44,801 nt of DNA from a virus (Duplodnaviria > Caudoviricetes): IMG/VR virus record IMGVR_UViG_3300025372_000004, positions 1 to 44,801 of that record, one strand, 5' to 3'. Shown piece after piece: positions 1 to 8,921 of the stretch. The stretch's first letter is position 1; every line of letters starts with the position of its first letter. The notes under the pieces are model-generated. The model saw only the letters and a list, made by a program, of their open reading frames with translations. It was not told the DNA's origin and searched no databases. Position numbers and translations under genes: made by a program.

Positions 1-42
1 CTATCTGCGTGCCAGTAAGGGTCTGTTTCGGTGAATGATGTT
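1..42. repeat. Terminal direct repeat (circular assembly overlap), left copy
   Basis: 1-42 CTATCTGCGTGCCAGTAAGGGTCTGTTTCGGTGAATGATGTT is identical to 44760-44801; the fibre ORF stays in frame across the join. Confidence 0.95.
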
Positions 43-698
43 AAATAGCCTTTAGGATTTGAGGTATAAGGATAAAACCCACCAGCAACACTATCTTTTT
101 TATGGGCAAATCTTACGCTATCATTATGCCAATTCGGGTCCACTTCTGTAAATGATGAAATGTAATTTCTTGGGTTAGATGCATATGGATAATAAACAGT
201 ACTGTCCGAAATGTTTAGCTTTTTGATTACCTGATTATGCAACCAACTCGTATCAACAATAGGGATAGCCGCAATAGCAGTATTGATATTCGCTTTGGTC
301 GCATCCCATGTGAGGGTGTCGGAGTTGTTTTGCTTTCTGTTGCTTAATGCAATCGTATCTGTGCCGTGTAAGAATCTTACTGTATCAGTAGCATGTAAAA
401 ATCCTCTTGCTGCGATATCGCTATCTGTCTGATGCTGCGTGTAATAGTTTTGGAATAGATAGTAGTGGGTAGCAAATCTATTAGTATCTACAACCGCACC
501 GCTATAAAGAACACTATCAAGATGTGCAAGTGTCTTAAAATAATATCCAACCGTAATAGGGGATATGCTACGCGACAATACCTGATAGGTAATGGCACTA
601 TCTACCCCGTGCATGTATTGCGGGATGGAGCCTATCCATTGCGCTTTTATGCTCGTTGTAAATAAAAATAATATTGATATAAATAAAATCTTTTTCAT
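1..698 (-). CDS. 5' part of a ~995-aa tail-fibre-like protein with Sec signal peptide (continues at 44759..42470)
   Basis: Hand translation from ATG 698 gives MKKILFISILFLFTTSIKAQWIGSIPQ... with no stop to base 1; joins in frame to ...DSLTYYPYKSNPKG; starts 1 nt after the stop of 700..915; absent from the ORF track. Confidence 0.9.
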   Translation of the reverse strand, partial: MKKILFISILFLFTTSIKAQWIGSIPQYMHGVDSAITYQVLSRSISPITVGYYFKTLAHLDSVLYSGAVVDTNRFATHYYLFQNYYTQHQTDSDIAARGFLHATDTVRFLHGTDTIALSNRKQNNSDTLTWDATKANINTAIAAIPIVDTSWLHNQVIKKLNISDSTVYYPYASNPRNYISSFTEVDPNWHNDSVRFAHKKDSVAGGFYPYTSNPKGYLTSFTETDPYWHAD

Positions 699-699
699 C

Positions 700-915
700 C
701 TATGCCACGTAAAAAGTTGAGTATATGTTTGATGGTCTGTTACTATCTATTATTGATGCACTTGAATAGTTAAATACTTGACCGCTTACGGGCTGAGCAT
801 TAACATCACTAATCCTATTATCTAAGCAGAATTGTATTAAGTTGTCCAATGTGCCATAAGACATTAAACACAAGTCATATATAGATTGCCCGTCTCTTGC
901 TAATATCTGTTTCAT
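700..915 (-). CDS. LysM/tail-X-like baseplate protein
   Basis: GQSIYDLCLMSYG...N LysM-like pattern; follows the gp25-like gene. Confidence 0.75.
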   Translation of the reverse strand: MKQILARDGQSIYDLCLMSYGTLDNLIQFCLDNRISDVNAQPVSGQVFNYSSASIIDSNRPSNIYSTFYVA

Positions 916-1241
916 CGTGTCGCGTTTGGTTGAACCACAAGCGTATTAGTTGCCGTACTTATTGAAATAATAGGGTTTATGCAGGTATATCCGTCAAGTG
1001 ATAATTGAGATTGAGCATTGTTTGTTATGGCTGTAATGTTCGGCTTAGCTTTCAGATACAACCCTATTCCAACCCCATCTGAAGGAAACTGCTTATACCA
1101 CCCCTTAGATGCGTTTATAGTATCTTTTATATGCTGTGTGTCAGATGGCGCAAGTATCAAATCCGTATCGCTACCCAATACAAAATCATCTATCCCCGTA
1201 TTGGGATTGTTCACTAATTCTATGTCGTATCTTGTTGCCAT
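912..1241 (-). CDS. Baseplate wedge/sheath initiator (gp25/Mu gp46-like)
   Basis: SDTQHIKDTINASKGWYKQFPSDGVGI motif; size and position after the spike. Confidence 0.7.
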   Translation of the reverse strand: MATRYDIELVNNPNTGIDDFVLGSDTDLILAPSDTQHIKDTINASKGWYKQFPSDGVGIGLYLKAKPNITAITNNAQSQLSLDGYTCINPIISISTATNTLVVQPNATR

Positions 1242-1245
1242 GTTC

Positions 1246-1470
1246 TTAACTTAAATTGCCCCCAAACACTCCCGTTACTACTCCACCTGTATGGTCAAGT
1301 AATCCACTTATATAATTTATCGTTGCGTCTTTAACATAACTGTCAATAGCATCAGCAAAAGCCCCGCAAAGCGTATCTATCTGGTTTGCCTGTGTTGTGG
1401 TAATGCCAGTTATATTAGCTTCCATAGCTGTTTTTAATGCCGACTTTAATGTTGCTTTGTTTAAACTCAT
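1246..1470 (-). CDS. Small baseplate/spike-associated protein
   Basis: Coupled to the spike gene; AFADAIDSYVK pattern; synteny. Confidence 0.55.
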   Translation of the reverse strand: MSLNKATLKSALKTAMEANITGITTTQANQIDTLCGAFADAIDSYVKDATINYISGLLDHTGGVVTGVFGGNLS

Positions 1471-1964
1471 ACCAATAAAGCATTTAACCTTGTTCCTATT
1501 GCGTTTATGTCCGTTACGTTATCCGCTACACTTGTAGTACCTGCACCATTCGTAAAGGTCATAGCCGCCAATACATTTATAAAGTCAGCCATTATCGTTG
1601 CTAATGACTGTGTGCTATTCTTAATATTGAACTTTGTACCATCCATTTTAAATATGGCATCACCCACCACATAGTAAAGCGAATCCACCTTACTATACAT
1701 CATCACAAATGGTTGTAAGTTTTCCGTATTACATACTATCACTACGCTATCAACGGCAGGGGATAATAGCAACCCATCTTCAACTGAAGCCATCAGCAAC
1801 ACGCCCGATAAATCTATTTGCGCCTCACCGTTTATGGTTGTTACATCACAAACCCTATTGGCTATATCCACGCTATTTACCGTAGCCGCATATATATGCG
1901 CCCCGTCATGATTTTCACCATGAATTTGTGATAGTTTCGCTATGGCTTTACCTAATTCGCTCAC
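1467..1964 (-). CDS. Baseplate spike (gpV-like)
   Basis: OB-fold-like N-terminus (ATVNSVD..RVCDV...PAVDSVVIV); follows the hub gene. Confidence 0.75.
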   Translation of the reverse strand: MSELGKAIAKLSQIHGENHDGAHIYAATVNSVDIANRVCDVTTINGEAQIDLSGVLLMASVEDGLLLSPAVDSVVIVCNTENLQPFVMMYSKVDSLYYVVGDAIFKMDGTKFNIKNSTQSLATIMADFINVLAAMTFTNGAGTTSVADNVTDINAIGTRLNALLV

Positions 1965-3274
1965 GATAATATTTTATAGTCTAAGTGAATTGTTTGTCTT
2001 AATCCTTCATCTGCACCGCCCGAAATATCTACACGCTTAACCATATACTCCCCGTTTCTTTCAGGCAACAATGGGTCAACTAACACAACCATATCCCCAT
2101 GCTTTACGTGTGGCAATCCGAAGGTTGTAAATGAACCCCTGAATCCATCGTAATAAAACTTTTGTAGCTGCGTAACCCCAATTTTAAAAAGCTGATTTTC
2201 ATCAGTTATATTGGAGTATAGCATCATCGTATGTCTTTCCCCTTCCTCATTAGGTGGAAAATCAACGCCTTTTGTCTTGCTTACTTTTTGGAATAAGCCA
2301 TCTTTACCATTAGGGTTAAAAATCAATATCTCTGTACACTTCATGGTAGTTTTGGGCGAACCATCTTTAGTGCTGCCCGTTGACGTAACCTTGTAATGAG
2401 ATTTGACTATCATTGATAGAACAATATCATCCTTACATTTCCAAACAAGGCTATCGCTTATGATGTTCTTTTGGAAAGTGAATGTGTACTGTTTTAGATC
2501 GGTTGGCACATAATGGGTATAACCTATTCTTAACTCATTACCCCTGAAATAACTATCTACGTGATATTGTTTTTTAAGCCTTGCAAGGAACGATGCTAAG
2601 TTTTCACCTTTACTTATCAGGTTGCTAACATTGAATACTAAATCAGTTTTTGAGTAATCGGATATTTTAAGATTAACCCCGTATTTGGCGTACTTGTTTA
2701 TAATGCTTTTATCGCCAGTAGCGGAATTGGCATCTAACATAGACTGTACTACGGTTTGAATAGTATTGCTATTCCAAGTTTTGATAGGCGTAGGTATTTG
2801 CTTCAACAACCACATATTATCCTCACAAGTAAGGGTAATGCTCATTTTGGTTTTTACGTGGCTTATATATCCCTGAAACAAAGGGGGATTAGTAGGGTCG
2901 TAAGTATTAAACCCTGTGGTTTGTGTTTGCTCTATATCATTTACAAAAGCCCTATAACCAACATTTACAGTTACAATATCACCCGACATAAATACGGGTA
3001 TAACATTAGGCGCAAATCCCCCCATGTTACTATATGCTTCACTAACGTTTGCAAGGCTTATTAATGAACTGCTATTGGGGTTTGATTTTGATGTTACGCG
3101 AACCCTTACACGTTTGGGTATTTCTAATTTAAAATTCTGTGTCAGGTTGGCATAGGTACTATCACCTTCATACTTATGTAAGAAAGGTATAGTTATAATC
3201 AAATCCCTGCTTGCCCACTTGTCAGAGGGTATTTGCTGGATTGTTATATTTGTTAGTACCTGATAAAAAGCCAT
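1961..3274 (-). CDS. Baseplate hub (late control D/Mu gp44-like)
   Basis: LFQGYI...LTCEDNMWLLK and GSFTTFGLPHVKHGDMV motifs; start more likely ATG 3274. Confidence 0.8.
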   Translation of the reverse strand: MAFYQVLTNITIQQIPSDKWASRDLIITIPFLHKYEGDSTYANLTQNFKLEIPKRVRVRVTSKSNPNSSSLISLANVSEAYSNMGGFAPNVIPVFMSGDIVTVNVGYRAFVNDIEQTQTTGFNTYDPTNPPLFQGYISHVKTKMSITLTCEDNMWLLKQIPTPIKTWNSNTIQTVVQSMLDANSATGDKSIINKYAKYGVNLKISDYSKTDLVFNVSNLISKGENLASFLARLKKQYHVDSYFRGNELRIGYTHYVPTDLKQYTFTFQKNIISDSLVWKCKDDIVLSMIVKSHYKVTSTGSTKDGSPKTTMKCTEILIFNPNGKDGLFQKVSKTKGVDFPPNEEGERHTMMLYSNITDENQLFKIGVTQLQKFYYDGFRGSFTTFGLPHVKHGDMVVLVDPLLPERNGEYMVKRVDISGGADEGLRQTIHLDYKILS

Positions 3275-3276
3275 GA

Positions 3277-3906
3277 CTAAGGGCAAAATTCAGTTAATGG
3301 TATATCGCTACATGCTGTTATCGTAAATGCCTGACTTGCATAGCTTCCCGCTTGTTGTGGAAAACTCACATCTTCAATCACTATATTTTTAATACGATAC
3401 ATAGCCAATAGATAATGAGTAACAGGTAATGATATGGGAGCCGTTACTATTTGTTGTAATAAAGCCATATCTGTTTTAGGTGCTATTCCAGAACCTTTAC
3501 TATTAAATATGCCGTTTATGGTAATATCGTAATCATCTAATCCTATGTATTCTTTTATCTTCCCATCTCTGCCCTGTATTGCTGTCTTAACTACATTCTT
3601 TTTGAGATTAAGCGTTACTATGGCTATATCAATATCCAAGCTGTCAAATGTGTAAGTATTGCCGTCTATGCCCGTGTATTGGTTCTGTGGTTGGATATTA
3701 GGGTCTGTGTTGCCAAGCGTTAACCTTCCATATACGGGAGTGCCTAATGGGCTATATCCGTCTGGTTCATCTTTAGCAGGCGCATTGCCTAATCCGAAAA
3801 TTGGTATATAATGTGATGCTATTTCTTGCGGAGTAATAACAACAGCATGGCGCAGCGTCGAGAACGTTGCTTTTGCCAATTCGATATTTAATGAAGTATT
3901 ACTCAT
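3277..3906 (-). CDS. Tail tube initiator (DUF6046-like)
   Basis: KNVVKTAIQGRDGKIKEYIGLDDYDITING motif; directly after the tape measure gene. Confidence 0.75.
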   Translation of the reverse strand: MSNTSLNIELAKATFSTLRHAVVITPQEIASHYIPIFGLGNAPAKDEPDGYSPLGTPVYGRLTLGNTDPNIQPQNQYTGIDGNTYTFDSLDIDIAIVTLNLKKNVVKTAIQGRDGKIKEYIGLDDYDITINGIFNSKGSGIAPKTDMALLQQIVTAPISLPVTHYLLAMYRIKNIVIEDVSFPQQAGSYASQAFTITACSDIPLTEFCP

Positions 3907-5668
3907 GTGTTGCGCCTATTTGGCTATCATTAATAGCGTTTGTCATGTGTCTTAAAATCTGCTCACCCGCTGCCGCTGAACCTTCTTTAAATGTTTTGGT
4001 TTCAAGCGTATCAATACCTATCATTTTCTGAATAGTAATGTTATAGTTAATAACACGCTGACCCGTTACCTTGTCGGTAAGTGGGGATATGTTACCCGTT
4101 CCTTTGTTGTGTTTTTCTTTATCGTGTTTTTCTTTATCGTTTACGGTTGATAGATAGTCTGGGAAATTTGGCATAGGGAAATAGCCCCCGCCACCATTCA
4201 TTCTCATATATTGTGCCTGATAAGCATTAAATCCAGTTGTGTCTGCCTTATGCTCATTACTTGCACTGGCTTTCCATGAATGGTCGCTTTGAAAAAATCT
4301 ATCAAAAAGGCTTGTGTTTATTCCCTTAGATTCGTCATATGCTTTTTTATCTTTTGCGTTAGCTTCAGGCGATAATCTCTTATCATAATGCCATGTTCTG
4401 CCATCGTCCCTGTCGCCAAATGCAAGCGCAAACGCGCCAAGTATAGCCGCACTAACACCAACCAAATTAACCATTACTGCTGCCGCTTCTGTTGTCCCGA
4501 GCATTGCCCCCCTTGCACCACTACCCACTACCGCTTCAGTAAGACCAAATGCGCCTGTCATTGCCGTAACAGCACCACCCATTTCGTCATAAAGGGCAAT
4601 TCCTTCAGCTGCTGTTGTTTGGGCTACATTCAAAGCTTCTAATGCTGCGGTCAATTCTATTACCGAAGCCGTAAGTGTGTTAGTTACACCTATCTGCGTT
4701 ACTTCTTTCTCAATACCTATACCCCAAAGTAAATTAGTTGCACCCTGAACTATATTAAATGATAATTGAATAGCTTTAAATGCTAAATAAGCCTCACCAA
4801 TATGTACTATTGTCTTACCCCATGATATAAGCTGTTCCTCGTGTTCTTTCATCCACTCAACACCTGACTTTATCTCATGGAATAAAGCGATTATTTCGGG
4901 CTTTAACTTATCGCCCAAATCAGCTTGGAATGAAAGCCACGCATTATGTAAATCGTTTGTTTCTGCCTGATAGCTTCTTAATGCTTCGGGTAGATGTTGG
5001 TCATACATATCCTTCATGTCCTTTAAGACCTTCGGGATATACTCATATGAATTTGTAGTAGTTAATGCGCCCTTACGTATTTTCTCATTTAAACCCTGCA
5101 TGGATAAACCCATCTCATTGGCAAGGTTTACGCCAAAACCAGGGAGATTGGCTATAAGGGGGCGTAAGTATCTTGGTTGCAAGTTACCTTCCTCTAATAG
5201 CTTTCCTATGCCTGCTATTGCCTGTTGTACTTTCTCTGCGGGTAGGTGTAATATGGTAAGTGTTTCGGAAAGATCTTGGAACATCGCACGGGCTTTCTCT
5301 CCCTCTGCTGGTGTTCCTTTAACCATCGCCATTAACTGTGCATATTCCTGATAAGTTTCCATGATAGGTAACTTAAAATCAGTAACCGCTTTGTTAATAG
5401 CTAATTGGTTCTGTGTGGCCTCGAATGTATTATCAGAGGCAAACTTTATAAGGTTCTTGTAAGATTCTAATTTGGTAGTGGTTTCAACTATATCTTTACC
5501 GAAATTAAATAGTTCACGACCACCCAAGTAAAGACCGAAGCCTTGCAATGTGGTGTTTAGGGTGCTGACAGATTTCTCAAAAGACATAGCATCACGTTCC
5601 CAACCATGAAGGGTTGATGATACGCCCGCATCTTCTAAGGAAACTACATATTTAACCCCCTGTTCCAT
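3899..5668 (-). CDS. Tape measure protein
   Basis: 589 aa, helical and Ala/Gly-rich; follows the tail assembly chaperone. Confidence 0.85.
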   Translation of the reverse strand: MEQGVKYVVSLEDAGVSSTLHGWERDAMSFEKSVSTLNTTLQGFGLYLGGRELFNFGKDIVETTTKLESYKNLIKFASDNTFEATQNQLAINKAVTDFKLPIMETYQEYAQLMAMVKGTPAEGEKARAMFQDLSETLTILHLPAEKVQQAIAGIGKLLEEGNLQPRYLRPLIANLPGFGVNLANEMGLSMQGLNEKIRKGALTTTNSYEYIPKVLKDMKDMYDQHLPEALRSYQAETNDLHNAWLSFQADLGDKLKPEIIALFHEIKSGVEWMKEHEEQLISWGKTIVHIGEAYLAFKAIQLSFNIVQGATNLLWGIGIEKEVTQIGVTNTLTASVIELTAALEALNVAQTTAAEGIALYDEMGGAVTAMTGAFGLTEAVVGSGARGAMLGTTEAAAVMVNLVGVSAAILGAFALAFGDRDDGRTWHYDKRLSPEANAKDKKAYDESKGINTSLFDRFFQSDHSWKASASNEHKADTTGFNAYQAQYMRMNGGGGYFPMPNFPDYLSTVNDKEKHDKEKHNKGTGNISPLTDKVTGQRVINYNITIQKMIGIDTLETKTFKEGSAAAGEQILRHMTNAINDSQIGATHE

Positions 5669-5849
5669 TATCTTTAATGTGCCCTATTTTTTTCATTAAT
5701 ATTTCTAACCAAACCACATGCTGCAAATACTTATCTATATCCCAACTCAAAACCTCATCCAGCCTGTATTTAAAATAATAGGCGATGAGGGGCAAATAGT
5801 CCGCCCACCCACCGCCTGAATTTTCTCTTAACTGGTTTAATTTTTTTTT
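5652..5849 (-). CDS. -1 frameshift extension of the tail assembly chaperone (gpGT-like)
   Basis: GG followed by an A9 run at 5851-5841; -1 frame reads KLNQLRENSGGGWADYLPLIAYYFKYRLDEVLSWDIDKYLQH...GTGG*; strong hairpin at about 5780-5817. Confidence 0.8.
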   Translation of the reverse strand, partial: KKKLNQLRENSGGGWADYLPLIAYYFKYRLDEVLSWDIDKYLQHVVWLEILMKKIGHIKDNGTGG

Positions 5850-6181
5850 CCTGTTGCCTCTGCCATCTCGTTCATACGCAGAAACTCTCTAACAACAGCT
5901 TTCCAGTATTTTTTATTTTTAGTGGTTATGCGGGGGTCGCTTTCATCCTTACAAATCAATAGTTCGACTTGTGAAGATGCTGTACTTGCCATCCCTCTGC
6001 CTAAGATGCCGCTATCCCATAAGGACAATTCAGCTTCAAGGCTTGGTTCTTGCAGGTAACAGGTGGCTATATCTCCCTCTGCTATTTTTACGTCAATTTG
6101 GATTATACTGTCGCAGTTGTATTTATGCTTCAGTTGTGCGATGACACTCGTTTCTTCGCTTGTTTGTAATTCTTCAGGCAT
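5837..6181 (-). CDS. Tail assembly chaperone (gpG-like)
   Basis: Between tube and tape measure genes; ends in GKKN at the slippery site. Confidence 0.8.
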   Translation of the reverse strand: MPEELQTSEETSVIAQLKHKYNCDSIIQIDVKIAEGDIATCYLQEPSLEAELSLWDSGILGRGMASTASSQVELLICKDESDPRITTKNKKYWKAVVREFLRMNEMAEATGKKN

Positions 6182-6203
6182 ATTATTCAGGTTTTATGAT
6201 TTA

Positions 6204-6608
6204 CTATCTGGATAATCCAGCGAATATGAATGGTATATTTTTAGTGAACTTGGTATCACCTTGTTTTAGATCTTGTCCATCTTCTGTAAACTCTACATTA
6301 GAAAGAATATCAACAGTTGGAGCAAGTGGATTACCATACAATACTTTAATAGAGAACGGTTGAATACTATCTAAGCTGCTATCTGGTGAACCATCAATAA
6401 GACGTTTAATGTCTTCCATGTATAAATCAATACTGCCACTATACTCTTTATTGCCACGACCACGACCCACAGGCTCATCACCTATGCCATAATGGTTATC
6501 TTTTTTAGTGTTCTTTCTAAAAGATATAGACGATATAAACACAAGTGGGTTATTACCTACAAGTATTGTTATTTGTCCCCAAGCATATAAATTGCCGTTA
6601 ACTAACAT
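6204..6608 (-). CDS. Tail tube protein
   Basis: 134 aa after the sheath; NG..YAWGQI and YGIGDEPVGRGRG motifs. Confidence 0.85.
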   Translation of the reverse strand: MLVNGNLYAWGQITILVGNNPLVFISSISFRKNTKKDNHYGIGDEPVGRGRGNKEYSGSIDLYMEDIKRLIDGSPDSSLDSIQPFSIKVLYGNPLAPTVDILSNVEFTEDGQDLKQGDTKFTKNIPFIFAGLSR

Positions 6609-6610
6609 TA

Positions 6611-8185
6611 TTATTTAAGTTTTGCCGTGAAAGAAATACCCACCTCGATATAATCTGCCACGCCTTGTGGTAAAAGTTTTAAACCAATAGCAACCTTATT
6701 GGTGCTAAGTACATTTTGTGTAGGGTTTATATTAACCACACCGCTAACCAATGCACCCTGCGCTATCATGCCACTTGACAGGTCGCCATCTTTCACCATT
6801 TGTACTAATGGCTGTGATGCTGCCGTATCAAATATCTGTGCCGTTACTTGGCTTATTGTGCCATCAGCGTTAAGGTCAATACGTGATTTCAATAATGGTA
6901 ATACACCATTATAAACCCCTCTGATTGATTTTTGTATGGTAAGGTTTCTGCTTATAGTACTATAATCACTTGTCTGTGTGGTATAGGTATAATCATTGTT
7001 GAAATAAGTACCAGAGAATGAAGGGTATTTACAAAGGAATATGTATCTGTAACTATCTATTTGGTCAACCAAAGAAGCTGCCAAAGAAGCATATAATTGA
7101 CCGTTTGTAAATGCTGGCGTATCTAATTCAATACCATTGCTTGCGTTGAACGCCCCAACCTCACCAATATTCTGGCTTACTGCTGCTGAACTTGATGTAC
7201 CTAACAAATAACCAAGACATGGTATAGATGCGCCACTTGTAACAAACAACTGCGCACCAACCGCTTTACCATCCTGACCGATACAAATCGAAGTGAACGG
7301 ATTAGCAAATGTGTGTGTCTGACCGTTTATCAAAGTTGATAAATCAGATACACCCTTAATATTCGGAGCATAAACAATATTACATTGCATTGATTGTGGC
7401 AATGTCAACATGATATTGTTAAGCAAAGTAACGTTTGAATCTACCGTAGAAGCATTTACTGATGTAGGGTCATATACGCCAATCATTCGGCATTCACCCT
7501 GTGCATTCTGTTGTAGTGTTACTATATCAGCATAGGTAGACGATACGGTGCTATTAAAGTTTATCCAAAGTTTACCCGTTGGGTTGGCTCTGAAAAACTC
7601 TGATATTAGATAATGCCAGATTGCTTTGTTTGATGCAACGCCTACTGTTGCAGATGCGGGCTGTGTTAAAGTACCTACATAAGCACCTGTGATAGTTACG
7701 TTTACCGGACTACCTGTATTCAATGATACACCTAATCCCGCACGGCCTGTTATTGTAAGGGTCGCCGTAAGGAAAGAAGCTGTATAGCCATGTATATAAG
7801 TACCTGCGTTAATTACCGCTGCTATTGCCGCTCCCTGTGCCGCTATCGTAGTAGCACCTGACCCAGTAGTATAAGTACCTAAGTTAACAGAAGTAGTTAA
7901 CCCATTAGGATTCACTTCGGTAACACTAAAGTTTATCGTATCACCTGTATTACCTTTTGTGGTAATAAGGTAAGTGGCTTGCGGTTTCGTTTCATCTGCG
8001 TAGTCATTTACTATACCTTTGCTTTCCGCATCTGATATACTAAATACAGCTTGTGTAGCTGTTACGGCAAAAGAACCAGGGGCTACCCCATATAACTGCA
8101 AACCGCGAACAAAATCTAAACCCTGTGCAACTTGCCCAAGTTGATTCTGTCCATATATAAACTTAACGTTAGCTTGTGATGACAT
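6611..8185 (-). CDS. Tail sheath protein (DUF2586-like)
   Basis: WHYLISEFFR, YIFLCKYPSFSGTYFNND, DYSTISRNLTIQK and C-terminal PQGVADYIEVGISF motifs. Confidence 0.85.
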   Translation of the reverse strand: MSSQANVKFIYGQNQLGQVAQGLDFVRGLQLYGVAPGSFAVTATQAVFSISDAESKGIVNDYADETKPQATYLITTKGNTGDTINFSVTEVNPNGLTTSVNLGTYTTGSGATTIAAQGAAIAAVINAGTYIHGYTASFLTATLTITGRAGLGVSLNTGSPVNVTITGAYVGTLTQPASATVGVASNKAIWHYLISEFFRANPTGKLWINFNSTVSSTYADIVTLQQNAQGECRMIGVYDPTSVNASTVDSNVTLLNNIMLTLPQSMQCNIVYAPNIKGVSDLSTLINGQTHTFANPFTSICIGQDGKAVGAQLFVTSGASIPCLGYLLGTSSSAAVSQNIGEVGAFNASNGIELDTPAFTNGQLYASLAASLVDQIDSYRYIFLCKYPSFSGTYFNNDYTYTTQTSDYSTISRNLTIQKSIRGVYNGVLPLLKSRIDLNADGTISQVTAQIFDTAASQPLVQMVKDGDLSSGMIAQGALVSGVVNINPTQNVLSTNKVAIGLKLLPQGVADYIEVGISFTAKLK

Positions 8186-8466
8186 TATTTACCTTTTTTG
8201 GTATTAGTACCAAGAATTTCGCTTGCGCTTTGTGTTTCTACTATTTGGTGTTCTGGTTTGCCAAAAATTACTTTTTCAGCCATACCGCCATCACCAGATT
8301 TTGGAACAAACTTTGCATGTAAACGACTATATTTTTTGCCCTCAAATTCATGTACGGTAAAATGATGATTACCATCTGCCGTAAAATGAACTTGTTTAAT
8401 TGCTGGGTTATCTTTGATAGTCTGTACTATATCAGCTTTTTGTACTTCAGGAATATTCAGAGCCAT
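8185..8466 (-). CDS. Hypothetical virion-associated protein
   Basis: Coupled ORF between the capsid region and the sheath; HFTADGNHHF. Confidence 0.6.
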   Translation of the reverse strand: MALNIPEVQKADIVQTIKDNPAIKQVHFTADGNHHFTVHEFEGKKYSRLHAKFVPKSGDGGMAEKVIFGKPEHQIVETQSASEILGTNTKKGK

Positions 8467-8470
8467 GATA

Positions 8471-8920
8471 TTAATAGTTTAGATTTCGTGATGTTTCAAC
8501 CCACTTCGTGCCGTCAAATCGGAAACGAATAATTGATTTCTTGTTAGCTGTAATGGCTATTTTGGCTGTGCCTGTTGAAACTACCCAGTTACCTGACAAG
8601 TAAACAAACTGACCTGTATTAGTTGCCTGACCTGTTATCCATAAAGCCAGTTCATCATTCAGGTAGCAACCTTTAAGCGTCTTAAACGCAAGGCATACGC
8701 TATCCGTCATAGCCACAGTTACGTCAATATTAGAATGACGTGGGCTTAGGCGTGTAGTATCTACCGTTGCACCTGCTGTATCTGAAACAGCATAAAAATA
8801 GTGGTTTTCAAATGCTCCCGAATTATCGCCACCTTTAGCGTTGCTATAACGTGGAAGTGCGCTTTGTGCTGATGCGCCAAATGCAAGCGCAATAAAAATT
8901 ATGCTAAGTATCTGTTTCAT
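8471..8920 (-). CDS. Signal-peptide-bearing beta-rich protein next to the major capsid gene (candidate decoration protein)
   Basis: MKQILSIIFIALAFGASA|Q; C-terminal FRFDGTKWVE; starts 1 nt after the capsid stop. Confidence 0.75.
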   Translation of the reverse strand: MKQILSIIFIALAFGASAQSALPRYSNAKGGDNSGAFENHYFYAVSDTAGATVDTTRLSPRHSNIDVTVAMTDSVCLAFKTLKGCYLNDELALWITGQATNTGQFVYLSGNWVVSTGTAKIAITANKKSIIRFRFDGTKWVETSRNLNY

Positions 8921-8921
8921 A

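Noticed and set aside
1-42. Biological direct terminal repeat of the virion DNA
   Set aside because: It lies mid-gene and is short; best explained as an assembly overlap
5970-5980. Third copy of the TGTGAAGATGC motif
   Set aside because: Opposite strand, inside a CDS, with no flanking stem or CCCGAT tail
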